Counted from the first letter of the stretch, positions 14,791 to 29,284 are shown. The stretch: DNA of 64,000 nucleotides from Octopus vulgaris (GCA_951406725.2 OX597833.1:37572001-37636000); one strand, 5' to 3'. The notes: generated by a model not told the origin, from the sequence alone. Translations and numbers: made by a program.

Positions 14791-15999
14791 ATGCATCTGT
14801 AACTTACATGTGCAACAAAATTTCTTTAAAATGGTACGATCACAGAAACATCAAACTGTATGTCTGCAAACCCCACCATATACACTTTCAAAGGTTTGCA
14901 GAACTGCTGCAGATGTTCAGTCACGAACTTCAGGAAGCATTCAGACATTGACTTATTGTTTTTATTTTATTCATCATGTATGGGTGACAATAATAGTAAC
15001 AGTAGTAAAAAGAATAACAATAGAAGGATAAATGTTGTAAGACTTCAAACAGCACATGAAGATAATGATGGTAGAAAGAGAAAGAAAGAGCAAGTAAGGA
15101 TGATAATAGTTGGTATCTGTGAAGTCATTAAAGTAATCTTTGAAATGATTTATTTGTAGTTCAAATGTTTTAACACCTTGTTCGTGTGAAGACTAAATTA
15201 CCATAGAGTAGGGTGTTGTCTCTAAGTGATGTCCGGAGCAGCTGAAAGCATTCTTGTATAGGTTCCATCAATTTTCTTTTCAAGTTGCATTGTTAGAGTC
15301 CATATTGTCATCCATATAACAGAAGTGGCTACACAACCGCCTGAAAGAACATATCTTAATTCTCCATTGGGTGGGCTTTCCATTTACTTTGTTGAAATTC
15401 CCACATGCAGTAAATCTGTATTTAAAATTGGGTATATAATTGCAATTGAACAGTGATCCACCTACATTTTACAATACTTGTTCTCAAAGAGAATTATTAT
15501 GCAAAAGCCCTCATGCTTGAAGACTCAAGAAAAGTGCATTTCTCCATAGGTTGTAACCCATCTCCTCCACCAGATGTAACCATCTCTTCCACGGAGTATA
15601 CTGTCCACATCCTCTACAGGATATACTTATGTCTCTCCATAGAATATGCCCAACAAGCTGTTCCTCAGACAATAATCAAATAAAAACAAATCATGATCTC
15701 TTTCACCTCTTCTATAGTCTTGAGTCTACAAACCCATTATGCTGAAGCTTATCTTGGTTTCCACAGAATTTTGGAATTCAAGTAACTATGGAGTACAAAA
15801 CTTCCTCTGTGGTGATCCGGTGTCCTTAAGGAACACTGTCCCACCCAAGCAATCACTGGAACTCATTTTCAGCTGAGTGAACTGAAACAATATGAAATGA
15901 CATGCCTTGCTTCCTTTCTCTCTAATCTTCACATGTTCTCTACATTCAGGGCCTACATCTCACTACCATGTAGCATTGAAGTTCATACATATGCATCAT

Positions 16000-18730
16000 A
16001 CAATCTTCCTTTCACTCAGAGAGACTGACTTTTGGTTGCCAACAGAGATAAAAGTTCTTTAAACTTTCTCAATCTTATTCTTATTCTAGAAAATACACTT
16101 TCTGTACATCCTCTTCCACTGCTAATTAGGTCACCTGGGTAACAGAAATCATCTTCAACTTCCAGAGAGCCTCCAGAACATGAGGAAATCAATTTCCCAT
16201 GTATCTGTAGACTTTATGGCTCCTGTACTTCTTCTACATACAAACACTACTTTCTCTGTTAACCATCTCATTATTCCACTGCACTCTTGTATGTCCATAG
16301 CTTGCACTGCACACACCAAATGGAATTTCTGCCAACACCCTTCCTACATATTCAGAAGAGCCATTTACCTGAAGTGGGAAGAGCCCTGCTTAATTGCTTG
16401 ATTACTAGGACCTTGGTCCTTGCTAAGTTAACTTTAAGAATCTTTGAATCTAGGTTTTGTTTCAACACCTGAAATTTTTTGTTATAGATTCTGCTATAAA
16501 GGGAACATCATCAGCATACAGTAGTTCCCATGGGCTTCCAGTCTTAAATCCCTCTATAATGGCCTAGAGGATGATGATGAATGAGAGGGGGATGAGAACT
16601 GAGTCTTGGTGAACACCTCCCTGTACACTAAATTCATCACTGTAACCATGGCTGACTCTTATCTTACCAGCAGTATCCCTGTACATGGCCTATACAGCTT
16701 TCACAAGCTATTCATCTATCCCTTGCTTCATCAAAGACCACCATTTCACGGAGGTACTCTGCCGAGAGCTTTCTCTAAATCAACAAATGCCAAGTACAAT
16801 GGCTTGTTCTTAGCTAAACACGTCTCTTGCAGCTGACTAAGAAAATAGTATCTGCGGTGCTTCTCCCCGGGACAAAGCCAAACTGCATTTCATCTAGTCT
16901 AATCCTGTTCCTAATTAGTTGGGCTATAACTCTCTCCACAACTTTCATCCCCTTGTCCATCAATTTGATGCCTCTATCTAAGGCATCTTCCTTACTCTTA
17001 CCATAGCAGCTGACTATGATGCTGCTACACCAGCCACTGAGGATTATGCCTTTCTGAATAACCTAATTAACAACATGGGTGACTAGACCATATCCAACTC
17101 CATCAGATATTTTAAGCATCTCACCAGTATCTTCTGATACACCAAGGCCTTCCCTGTCTTCATATCTTTAATTGCTGTCTACTAGACTAACTGGTCCCTC
17201 TGTTGGGTTGACATGAAGAAGACACCCTTTTTCCCATTCATTCTCTACATTTAATAGCTTTTCATAGTAGCTCTTCTGCACCTCTTTCTTTAAGAGCAAG
17301 TATACCATTATCTGTCCATACGCACTACTCTCTTACAACATCTTGATTCTCTCTAACACACTGTCTGGCAATCCAGAACACTTCAAGTCTCTCACCTTCA
17401 TGCTGTAAGCAAACCTTTTCCTTTCTACTTCTACCCTAGCTAAATAAACCTGAAGCCTAGCTTCTCTTTTAATTATCTGATATAGTTCTTTGCTATCCCA
17501 ACTCTTCCACTCTTTCCAAGCCTGTCACTTCTCTTTTATAGCCCTGTTGATCTCACTGTTTCACTACCTTGTCACTTGGTCTGGTAGAAGCTTTACTCCA
17601 GCCAAAGATTTGGTCTGTCACCTTCAGTAGATTGTCCTGTATGAACTTCCAGTTGTCCACTATGTTGTATGTCTCCATCTCTTCCTCCTCATCAAAAGCT
17701 TCATAAAGAACATCTCTAAATCTTTGTCCATTTAACCCTTTCACTACCAACCTGGCTGAAACTGGCTCTGGCTCTGAGTACAAATGTCTTGTTTTCATAA
17801 GTTTTGAATTAAAATCTTCCACCAAACCTTAGTCACAATTTATGTTCCTAACAGTAGCCGAATGATAACTAAGTTATTTTATTAAATTCTTTGTTATATT
17901 TAAAGTAACTGAAAGAAACACAGAGCATCTCAAAATATATACAGTAATGAAAGGGTTAAAGAATCTTTGAGATTCCATAGATGTGTCTCAGGATCCTTCT
18001 AGCCTTAAGCTCTAAGTCGCTAACTACTAACCTATTTTGAGTGGTACATTCTTCACCTGGGAAGGACTTTGCATTCACAAGCATACACCTGTCTCTGTTT
18101 CTGGTGAGGGTGTAGTCAATCTAGCTAGTATGTCCATCAGATCGATAAGTGATCAGATGGCAAGCAGGTTTCCTGAAGTCGATGTTGCAAACCATTAAGT
18201 TATTTGCATCACAGAACTCCAGCAGCCTTGTTCCATTCTCATTTCTGGAACCAAAACCATAGCATCCATGAACACCATGAAATCCATTGGAGTGTTTTCC
18301 AACATGGCCATTGAAGTCCCTTGCCACAATGAGAATGTCATTATCTTTCATCATTGTAGTCTGCAGAATGGATTCATAGAAACAGTCCTTCTGAATATCT
18401 GCAAGTCCAACATGTGGAGTATATGCAGAGAAAGATGACACTGTTACATTAAATAGGGCCAATCTTAGCTTAATAATCCTATCACACAACTTGACTGCCT
18501 CAGTCACTTTATCCACTCATTTCTCTGCCAATACCTACATCACCCAACCCATCATTGTTGCCCACCAAGAAGAATTTGTATCTATGCCTCTTGCCCACAA
18601 GCAGTCTAGCTGAGGCTCCCTTCCATCGTTCCTCTTGCACACAGCACACATCTTCACACCTCCACCAAACATTTTAACAGTCTCACCAGACCTACCTTTC
18701 ATTACACTAATGTTGACTGTGACAGCTCTG
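16000..18730 (-). mobile_element. Long decayed RTE LINE (APE plus RT), interrupted by a MITE
   Basis: VCCVQE, DFNGHVG, QFGFVPGRST, AFVDLEKA, GVHQ and LLYADD motifs in the correct order; many disablements. Confidence 0.9.
17732..17959. mobile_element. piggyBac-type MITE inserted in the RTE at TTAA
   Basis: TTAA-CCCTTTCA...TGAAAGGG-TTAA ends; related copy at 24446-24661. Confidence 0.8.
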
Positions 18731-19283
18731 ACTTGTGAACCTGGGATGTCTGGGAGGGAAGTTGAGGTATGTTTTCAGCATTTGCAATGAAGATCTTTGC
18801 AGTTGCTTGCCTGAAGGTAGCAGGTCTTTTTGCTTAGTGTAAGCAGGTACAGGTTGCAGCATGTGTTACAATTACAATTTCAATTTCCTTCAGTCCCCTA
18901 AAGCTTTTGTGAGTATGCTACTGCCATGGGAAGTGGGAGGAAAGAGAACGAGAAGTTTTCATCATTATTCTTATACTTATTATTATAATTATTAAGACAA
19001 CAATTAAGTTTCAGCAATGCAGAAGAAGCCACACACATCATGATAATATATACTTCTAAATTACCATCAGCATCACTGTGTAGTCATATATACATAAACA
19101 TACATGTGTAAATGAACAGTGCATTATACACAGAAATGGGGCCCATGGGCTCCTTATATGCATTACATGTGACCATATACCTACGCAGTTGTAAAAACAT
19201 TTCACAGGCTGTAAAATTATCAAGTGCAATATCTATCTATCTATCTATCTATCTATCTGTCTGTCTATCTATCTATGCCTGTA

Positions 19284-19351
<68 letters not shown>

Positions 19352-21109
19352 AGCACATACATAGATATAATTATGTGCATGAATACATGCCATTGTTCTC
19401 CAATGAATATGCTCATACATGAGCAGAAGAAACACACACACACATATGAGTGTATATGTTTGGGGTGAGTGGGTGGGTGTCTGTCTCCTTATCTTGACAT
19501 TGAATGATAGTTGTATAACTGTCATATAAGCAATGTTATTCATTTCCAGTATTTTATGACAACATGTCTGGTGATGGAGGAAATATTACCTTTCTTGGAA
19601 ACAGGTAAGGGCTGGTGACTGGAAGGACAAATGTCCAAAGAAAATCTGCCTAAATAAACACCATCCAACCCATGCAAGCATGGAAAAGTGAATGAACATT
19701 AAAATGTTGATGATGATCATCATCATCATCATTTAAGCATTTTTAAATGAAGGTTTTAGAAAAAAGCTATATTGTTCACCTTCAGACATTTTTATACCTT
19801 GACTAGGCTCTGGTCAAATTCAGCTTTTCATAAAGTGACTGAGTTAAGGGGATCCTTTTAGTAATGGCCTTGCATAGCCATCATTTGTTGTTAGTGGTAT
19901 CAAAGTGCAATGGCAGTTGGACCAGAGGGATTTCTTTCAAAATGAAGTTTATTACTTCAGTAATTATATAGTCTAACTATTCCAGCATTAAGATGAACTT
20001 GAGAGTACAGATGACCAATAGTGAACCAAACAATCCTCATCATTGTGGGAGCAACATCAAAAATTCTGAACAGCATGTCTTAGCCAAGTCTCTTGTTCTT
20101 TCCCCTTAAGTTAACTCTGAGCAGTCTTACAATCAAAATTATTCTAGCCTAGAATAGCAAGTAAAGGGCTAAGTTGTCCAATCTGTCCATCCTTTTTTAA
20201 GCTGAGTGTGATTTGAATGAGATTTGGTTGCTATTTCTAGCAGATTGAACAACCACATAGAGGCTCCCTTATTGGCTTGTGCTGTAACAACTATAAGATG
20301 GTATGGTTCACCATTGAAAGCAGGGAGTGGAATTGTGGAAATGGATAAGTGTATCATGAAATAATAGTGTTAAATCTCAATCACTATACTACAAAATATT
20401 CCCAGTGTCAACCACTGCTGTGGACTTCCTTATCTCAGACGCTACAGACCAGTGTCTTGTCTTAATCATTACAGTAAATACTACTCCTTGTTTCAGTCAC
20501 TACAATAAAATGTATTCCTTATCTCAATCACTACATCAGTGTTCTGAACACTGACATCTCTGCTGGCTGTATCTCCTATCTATTTGAAGTGTGTAGGTGT
20601 GTAGTTGTGTGTGTGTGTGTGTGTGGGGGCATGGTTTCAGACCATGCCACTCAATGTTTTCATATATCACTCTCCTTAGTGGCACACACCCATAATTTAT
20701 TTCGTAATTGCAATAGGAGACACTCCCTAATACCAACTGCACAAAGGTCAAAGTTGCCTTGTATGTACACAGAGGCAGCAAATGTCCCATGATTTAAGAG
20801 TTGATCATTTTGTCATGTTAGGTTTTTGATTTGGTTGTCAGAGAAACTTGACAGATACATTTTCAATTTAGTGGAAGCGGAGAGAGAGAGAGAGATGTAC
20901 ATATGTCGGAGACTAAAACCAGATGTGTAACTGTAAAATCATTAAAGTACACTACAGGTGAATCTGGAATAAACAGGCTGATTGGTAGTCAGAGATTAAA
21001 ATTATCCTTCAAGTAAATGACCCTGTTTGATATGAAGAAACTGTGTTTGTAGAATTTCCATTTGGTGTACCCAGTGGTACACCAAACTACGGGCACATAA
21101 GGACTGTAG

Positions 21110-21350
21110 TGGTATCAAAGGAAGGCAAACAGAGAAAGTAGATTTTGTAGCAGATATTCAGAACCGATAAATACTAAGAACACATGCGAAATAGATTTTC
21201 TCAAATACCCTGGATGGTTCTTTGAAGGAGTAGATAATTTCTGTTGTCTAGGTGATCTGATTAGCAGTGGAAGAAGATGTTTGGAAGGTATAGTCACTAA
21301 AAGAAGGACTGACTGGAGCAAGTTCAGAGAGCTATTATTTCTATTGGTTA
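21110..21350 (+). mobile_element. RTE LINE fragment
   Basis: EGVDNFCCLGDLISSG motif; homologous to 16080-16260 and 34240-34380. Confidence 0.7.
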
Positions 21351-21526
21351 GAAAAAAAAAATCTTTCTGTCATTGAAGGTTTAAGAGCTGATTATCAGAG
21401 AAACCTGACAACTCATCATGTATGACAATTTAGGTCAAGAGAGTGGGGGGAGAGAGAAAGAGATGCATATCAAATATGAAATTGTGTATAAGACTTTAAA
21501 ATCAGATGTGCGTAACTGTGAAATTG

Positions 21527-21740
21527 TTAACCCTTTAGCATTTAAACTGACAATATCTGGCTGATATATTCTACTTGTTTTATGTTAAAATTGGCCAGAT
21601 CCAACCTCTCGCACATATCCTACAATGTCATAGATAAACAATCACATCTTCAAAATCTTGAAGTTCAAGATAATTCATGATTAATTCAGCATAAAGTGGA
21701 TACATAGGCATTACATTTGACATAGTAATCTAATTGTTAA
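21527..21740. mobile_element. TTAACCCTTT-ended MITE, second family
   Basis: Starts TTAACCCTTTAGCATT; its reverse complement matches the split copy at 59111-59148, 60982-61040 and 61293-61396. Confidence 0.7.
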
Positions 21741-22198
21741 TCTGGAACGACCATCTGTAAATAAAATACCTGTGCACCTATCTTTCTTCTAACCAGAGTC
21801 TACTTGTATTCCTGAACAGGTGGTGTATAGGAACACATCTGCAACATTTTCTGACAGACAGTCAGAAAACTACATGTGGAGAAAAACAAACACACACACA
21901 CATACATGTTAACATGCACATACACACACATATACACGTAATTGATTTAGTGATTAAAGATATATAATGAAAAAGACAGCAAGTTATATATATAAAACAA
22001 CCAGCCAGTAATAAAGTTTACCACATATTGCACATATCACATTTGCAATGACAAACATGCATGCACACATCACAGATACACTGATACATTTATACACATT
22101 GGCATACACGCATCTAACAAGTATACTACATGAATCTACTACTACTACTACTACTACTATTACTACTGGTATTGTTGGTGGTGGTGGTAGTGCTGCTG

Positions 22199-22234
<36 letters not shown>

Positions 22235-22635
22235 AAACAACAACAGTGTGATAATTAGATATAAAAGTGTAAGCAAAAGAAAGATAAAATGATGCTTTGC
22301 TACATGATTTCATTTTATTTTTAACCAGCATTAACATTATTATTATTATTATTATTATTTTTATAATCATTATTATTATTTCTTAATATTATCATTAACC
22401 AACAGTTTAACAAATTTTGGTAGAGTCAACAAAACAACTGCAACAGTTTGTGTGAAACAACTGTTTCAAATTTTGGCACAAGGCCAGAAATAATAGGGGG
22501 AGGGTGTAGTCGATTACATTGACCCCAGTATTTAACTGGTACTTTATTTTATTGACCCAATACGGACACAACATGCCACCAGTTTTCGAACTCACAACCT
22601 TATGAGTGTGAGCTGAATACCCCAACCATTAAGCC

Positions 22636-22685
<50 letters not shown>

Positions 22686-22769
22686 TTCAAATGAATATGG
22701 TACTTAACTTAGATGCACCAGAATTTTTTTATGGTATTACCCATAAAATTATGTGGGGTGATTAAAATC

Positions 22770-22936
22770 AAAAAATAAGCAACAAGAATGGATCAGTAGT
22801 TTAGTACAATTGTTTCATACTATAAACATTTTATTAAAGCTGCAAAAATTACAGCAAATATAATGTCCAGTAATATAATGTATAGTACGAAACAATTGTA
22901 CTAAACTACTGATCCATTCTTGTTGCTTATTTTTTG
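22770..22936. repeat. Inverted repeat, arms about 55 bp, between (TA)n tracts
   Basis: 22770-22824 is the reverse complement of 22881-22936. Confidence 0.9.
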
Positions 22937-22937
22937 G

Positions 22938-22976
<39 letters not shown>

Positions 22977-23142
22977 CATGGCTGAGTGGTAAGAAGCTTG
23001 CTTCCCAACCACATGGTTCTAGGTTTAGTCCCACTGCATGGCATCTTGGGCAAGTATCTTCTACTACAGTTTTGGGTCAACCAAAGCCTTGTGATGAGTG
23101 GATTTGGTAGATGGAATTTGAAAGGTCATCATATATATATTT

Positions 23143-23179
<37 letters not shown>

Positions 23180-23700
23180 TGTCTGTGTTTGTCCCCCACT
23201 GAACCTTAACAACCAGTGTTGGTGTGTTTACATCCCTGTAACTCAGTGGTTTGACAAAAGAAACCGATAAGTACCAAGCTTAAAAAAAAAGGTACTGGGG
23301 TCAAGTCGTTCAACTAAAAATTCTTCAAGGCAGTGCCCCAGCATGACTGCAGTCTAATGACTGAAACAAATAAAAGATGAAAGATGAAAGATATATCATA
23401 GTTATGCGCGTTAATGTATAGATATGTTAATATCCCACTGGAGCTGGATGCAGTCCTGCAGTTTTCCAGTTCCCTGTCAAACCATTCTACCCATGCCAGC
23501 ATGGAAAGCAGATGTTAAATGATGATGTTGATGATAATGATGATGATGGAATACATATAGACATATGTGCAAAAAATAAGTCTCCCAAATTCCAGGTCTT
23601 CCCACTCTACCTAGGTTCATCGAATACCACAGATGAAGTACAGATAAACAAAAAAAATACTTTCATACAAAAGTATAAACTAAGACATAACAAACTTTAA

Positions 23701-24110
23701 GGTACAGGAGTGGCTGTGTGGTAAGTAGCTTGCTTACCAACCACATGGTTCCGGGTTCAGTCCCACTGCATGGCACCTTGGGCAAGTGTCTTCTACTATA
23801 GCCTCGGGCCGACCAAAGCCTTGTGAGTGGATTTGGTAGACGGAAACTGAAAGAAGCCCGTCGTATATATATATATGTATATATATGTGTGTGTGTGTTT
23901 GTGTGTCTGTGTTTGTCCCCCCCCAACATCGCTTGACAACCGATGCTGGTGAGTTTACGTCTCCGTAACTTAGCAGTTCGGCAAAAGAGACTGATAGAAT
24001 AAGTACTGGGATTACAAAAAATAAGTCCCGGGGTCGATTTGCTCGACTAAAGGCGGTGCTCCAGCATGGCCGCAGTCAAATGACTGAAACAAGTAAAAGA
24101 GTAAAAGAGT
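23701..24110 (+). mobile_element. tRNA-derived SINE family 1 (full length, internal TA/TG microsatellite)
   Basis: A box TGGCTGTGTGG, B box GGTTCAGTCCC, tail gaaacaagtaaaagag; more than ten copies in the window. Confidence 0.9.
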
Positions 24111-24445
24111 AATGTGTTCATTCTCTACAAACAATAATATAAACTTCCAGAGCATTGATTGTTTGGACTTGTTTAGTCAACTGTATCAGCCTTAACTTTC
24201 AATTCCAAACATTGTCACTTGATACTAACACATAGATGTAGTGGAGAACCTACAAATATTTCTAAGACCAGTCATGTGACTATCTTCTACTCATCAAATC
24301 CCATTCAAAACATACACTAATTTGAGTCATTAATTCCCTGTAAAAACAGGGCAAACTTCAAACAGTAAGAAGCAAGCCATGTCTTTCTATTAGAACTTTT
24401 TGAAAATCAGTGTAAACTGTGAAACCAGTTAAAGCTTCAAATATA

Positions 24446-24661
24446 TTAACCCTTTTGTTACTGTATGTATTTTGAGATGCTCTGTGTTTCTTTCAATTAC
24501 TTTAAATATAACAAAGAATTTAGTAAAATAACTTAGTGATCATTAAGCTAGTGTTAGGAACATAAATTGTGACGAAGATCTGAATTCAAAACGTATGAAA
24601 ACAAGACATTTGTACTCAGAGCCAGAGCCGGTTTCAGCCGGGTTGGTTACAAAAGAGTTAA
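24446..24661. mobile_element. piggyBac-type MITE
   Basis: TTAACCCTTTTGTTAC...GTTACAAAAGAGTTAA ends; reverse-oriented homologue of 17732-17959. Confidence 0.8.
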
Positions 24662-25030
24662 TGAAAAATATGTTGACTATTCTCAGTGCATTTTAAACTT
24701 CTTCTATTTTTCCTATACATACATATACATATATCTGTGCTTCATCAGTGGTATAGGTTATGGCCATGAAATGTACGTAGTGGTTTTATTTATTATCTTA
24801 TATTAAACTTTTTAATACTTTTTGAGAGTTATATATATTTTAATAATAATAATAAAAAATTAATAAATATAAATATAAATATAAATTAATAATTTTAAAT
24901 TTAAATAATTTAAATTTTAAATTTTATATTTTATATATTTTGTAAATTATATTAATTATTTTTATTTGTATGTTTTGGTTTATGTTTTTCACTGTTTGAT
25001 TTGCCTAATAGTGGTTTTATCTCTAATTTA

Positions 25031-25096
<66 letters not shown>

Positions 25097-25152
25097 AAGT
25101 CAAAATGCGATAAAATAAAATTAATTATTATCGCTGGTGATCTATATATATG

Positions 25153-25187
<35 letters not shown>

Positions 25188-25191
<4 letters not shown>

Positions 25192-26478
25192 TGAACTGAA
25201 AAAGAAACACAATTTCATAAATGTCATTTTTATATGGTAAATTCTGTAAAGTTATTTCGGGGATGTAAGTGTGTAAATATTCCAAGACATGCTGGTTTAT
25301 GGCTGAGACCCAAATTGCAGGTAACTTTTCAACTTTCCCTGAAATGAGATGCCAAAACGCAGCAGCGTTGAATGCTGTGGGTGGCAGTCGCAAACAAGTG
25401 TCATGAAAATCGAAATGCATATGCATCTTGTGGAGGTTATGGGTATCAAAATCAACTTGAACCATGTTCCTGGCATTCATAATTTGGATGCATCAGGTAT
25501 GACCTGATTGTCAGCAGTGCAGAGAGAACATGCTTCCAGCCAATTGCAAGCAGGACAGTGTGCCCTAGTTGTTGTGAAAGCTTACAATGTCCATGTCAGC
25601 ACCATCTATTGCTTGCAACAGCGATACAACACCAACACCACTGCAGACTGCACCCACAGAGGGCACACTCAGCAACCACACCCAGGCAGGATTGCTTCAG
25701 CCACCTGCAACACCTCCCTGATTGCTTCAGACCAGCCAGCGTGACAACTTGTGAAACCATTGGCACTGGACAGTGATCCAACAGCGACGACACAGTACAT
25801 CGACTGACTGCCAACAACCTGCATTTAGGGTGCTATAGGCCTGAATCAAAGAATTGGGCCCCATGTGTTCCAAAATGTTTGTGCAGGTAGAGGGAATGGC
25901 ATCACAGCACAGTGCTACATTGACCAGATCCTAAGACATCACATCATGCCCTTCCGCACGCGTCGCCATAGCCACATGTTCCAGTAGGACAATGCTCTCT
26001 CCCACACAACCTGGGTCACCATGGACTTCCTGCATCAGCACAACATCAGAACCATGCTGTGGCCAGCTGTTAGCCCGGATTTGAACCTAATTGAACACCT
26101 GTGGGATGAAATCCATAGGCAGCTGAACCAAGTGGTCCCAAGGCAGACAACTCGTGTGGAACTGGAGGCAGCTTTCCTCAGGGTGTGGGCACAGGTGCCA
26201 ATGGCTTTTGTGAACCACCTCATGCACTTCATGTACCAATGGTGTATGGCTGTTTTGAACACCCAAGGAGGGCATACATGGTATTGAACATGTTACGCTC
26301 TACAATCTCGATGTGCTGCATTTGCTTACAACCAGAACACATGACAACCCATAGACTATGGTCAAAGTGCATCCAAGAAATTGACTTCATCAGATTTATC
26401 AAAATTTATCTGACATAATGAAATTAAAACATGTTTCACAGTTACACACATCTCACGTTTCTTTTGCAGTTCAATGTG
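25188..26478 (+). mobile_element. Tc1 (DD34E) transposon fossil with TIRs
   Basis: TIRs cactgaactgaaaaagaaac and gtttcttttgcagttcaatg. FQ*DNA...WPAVSPDLNLIEHLW has 34 residues between D and E. Internally deleted and disabled. Confidence 0.9.
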
Positions 26479-26611
26479 TGAGTGTGTGTGTGTGTATATA
26501 TATACATGCAGACACACACGTTTGCATGTGAGTGTGTGTGTGTGTATATATATACATGCAGACACACACGTTTGCATGTGAGTGTGTGTGTGTGGGTATC
26601 ATCCTCATATG

Positions 26612-26650
<39 letters not shown>

Positions 26651-27180
26651 CATACACACACACATATATAGCATCATCATCATCATCATCATCATCATCA
26701 TTGTCATCATTTAACGTCCATCTTCCATGCATGCATGCATAGGATGGTTGACAGGAGCCAACCAAGTAGAAGATCTACCCAAGGTTACTGTATACATTAT
26801 ATACATAAATATATGTGAAGGTGCATGACTTAGTGGTGAGGAGTGTTGCACTCACAATCTTAAGATCGTGGTTTCCATTCCTAGACCAGTGGTGCACTGT
26901 GTTCATGAGCAAACACTTCATTTCACATAGGTAACCTTGCAACAGACTACTATTCTGTTCAAAGGGTAATGTTGGCCTGCCCTCCTAGCCAGCAGCAGGG
27001 TGGTACCACTCAAAAGCTAAAACAATACAAAGTACATGGTGACCAGTAGTGTATAACAACTTACAACAGTCTGGTTGATACCATGGTAAAAATATATATC
27101 ATATAAATGTAAGTATATATATATATATGTTAATACATATATATGCATGCATATACACATATATTATATATGTACTATGT

Positions 27181-27282
27181 TATTTTTTTGTCTGAAGAAT
27201 TTCTAATAGGAAATTCCTTATATCTAACATATAAAATTTTGTAATTCCTATTAGCAAATGAAACACATGTAATGGAGAATAA
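27181..27282 (+). ncRNA. Degenerate minimal type I hammerhead ribozyme motif
   Basis: CTGAAGA (27192), stem II ctaataggaa/ttcctattag, GAAA-cacat-GTA. Stem I is only wobble-compatible. Confidence 0.5.
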
Positions 27283-27435
27283 ATAATACCCAAAAATATT
27301 CAATTTCCTATTTTGTTATATTATATATGCATATATATATATATACTACTAATATAGGATGAAGTTTTTTTCTCTACAGAAAAGAATTCCATCAAGAAAT
27401 GTGGCAGCATATTAAAATACCTTTACGGTTAAAAT

Positions 27436-27878
27436 TATAAGCAACTTCTAAGTAAGGGCTAAAGAAAATTATTTCAAAGCCAATATGCTGATAAGAGACT
27501 ATTAAATCGTCAATTTTCACATATAATCTACTCGCTACAGAAAAAATTGAACTGAAGTCGGACAAGCTGGCCGTTAGAATATTTAATATTCGTTATCTCT
27601 ATATTGAATCAATTTCGGAATTAATCTCATAAAAGATTTATTCATATTCTCTCGTAAGCTCTACTCAAGACGAATAAATCTTTTATGAGATTAATTCCGA
27701 AATTGATTCAATATAGAGATAACGAATTTTAAATATTCTACGGCCAGCTTGCCCAACTTCAGTTCAATTTTTTCTGTAGCGAGTAGATTATATGTGGAAA
27801 TTGACGATTTAATAGTCTCTTATCAGCATATTGGCTTTGAAATAATTATCTTTAGCCCTTACTTATAAGTTGTTTATA
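27436..27878. repeat. Long inverted repeat: arms about 208 bp, 28-nt spacer
   Basis: 27436-27643 versus 27672-27878, about 8 differences by eye. Confidence 0.95.
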
Positions 27879-28000
27879 TATATATATATATTTATATGCA
27901 TATATATGTATATTTATATGAATATATAACATGCATACACTCACACAAAGACACTCATTGGCACAAGCATACATGCACAACACTAAAACGCACATTCACT

Positions 28001-28054
<54 letters not shown>

Positions 28055-28094
28055 TACATAAACATTACATAATCTCTACTTAATACTGGATACG

Positions 28095-28334
28095 TTAATA
28101 GCAAGTGAAATCATTTGTATGGAAATGAGGAAGGGCTTGTTTATGTATTTTTCTAATGTCGCTTGTGTTGCTGTCTGGGCTTCCAGCTTGCAGTCCACGG
28201 CAGATATACTGCAACTCTTCCACCAGCGTCTCATAGCGGTACGCCACTCGAATGTCTGGAACATTGGTACGACTCACATCATTCCCTGGAACTCCTTCAC
28301 GTGTGTAATTAGGGCCTAACCAATGCTGTTTGAC
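28095..28334 (-). CDS. AMPD2: AMP deaminase (AMPD2-like), probable last coding exon
   Basis: Acceptor atgcag|GTC. Translates [44 protein letters not shown]...TCY*, matching from memory the AMPD C-terminal motif [34 protein letters not shown]. Phase 0, in frame with exon 29590-29700. Confidence 0.93.
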   Translation of the reverse strand, partial: VKQHWLGPNYTREGVPGNDVSRTNVPDIRVAYRYETLVEELQYICRGLQAGSPDSNTSDIRKIHKQALPHFHTNDFTCY

Positions 28335-29244
28335 CTGCATCAAATACAAAGATCACATTAACTTACAAAGCTTCAGTGAGGACAGAAGGGAGAGGCGGAC
28401 ATAAACCAAAACACCAAAAACAAAAAACAAAAAGAAAACAACTAAAAGTAGATGAGTGCAAATGCACATGACATGTACAAGTATGTGTGTGTGTGTGTGT
28501 GTGTGTGTTTAAATGGATGATGATGGTGGTGGTGTGTTGAAAAGATTGCATATGTTAATTGCTATTTTCAATGCTCAAAAAGCCTCCTACTCCCTTTATA
28601 ATCTTTCTAGTTTGTGGATCTTGAGGTGGACTGAACTAGTCAGTTCTATGTATAAACTCTTTAATTCTGCCTGCTCTAAACTAGTTTCTAAACTCTGTGT
28701 GAGATGTGTGTGTGTGTGTGTGTAAGCTTATTTGTGTCTGTGGTCTGTATATATGTGTGTGTGTGAGTGTAGGTGTGTCTACCTCAGTCTGTTTAACTTT
28801 GTAATTATGTATAAATATGTGTATGTCAATGTATGCTTGTATGTGTGTGTGTGTGTATGAAATTGTGTGTATGTCAATGCGTACATGTATGTGTGTATGC
28901 ACATGTGAGTGTATATGTGTATTTGTATGCATGTATGTGTGTGTATTTTTATGTGTATGTCAATGCGTATCTGTATGAATGTATGTGTGTGCATGAGTGT
29001 GTGTATGTGTATGTTAATATGTATATGTATGTATGTGTGTATGCACATGTGTGTATGCACATGTGTGTATGCCAATGCATACATGTATGCATGTATATGT
29101 TTATATGTATGTTAATATATATATGTATGCAGGTATGTGTGCATGTGCATGTGTGCATACATGTTTCTGGCAATACATATATGTATGCATGTATGTGCAT
29201 GTGTGTCTGTGTATATATGTATGTATGCATGTGAGTGTGTGTGT

Positions 29245-29284
<40 letters not shown>

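Noticed and set aside
23701-23775. tRNA-like sequence with A and B boxes
   Set aside because: SINE head with no full cloverleaf; continues into the SINE body in many copies.
27486-27545. CTGATAA...GAAA inside the 27.4-kb palindrome as a hammerhead
   Set aside because: Core G8 is missing, and there is no credible stem II, stem III or cleavage triplet.
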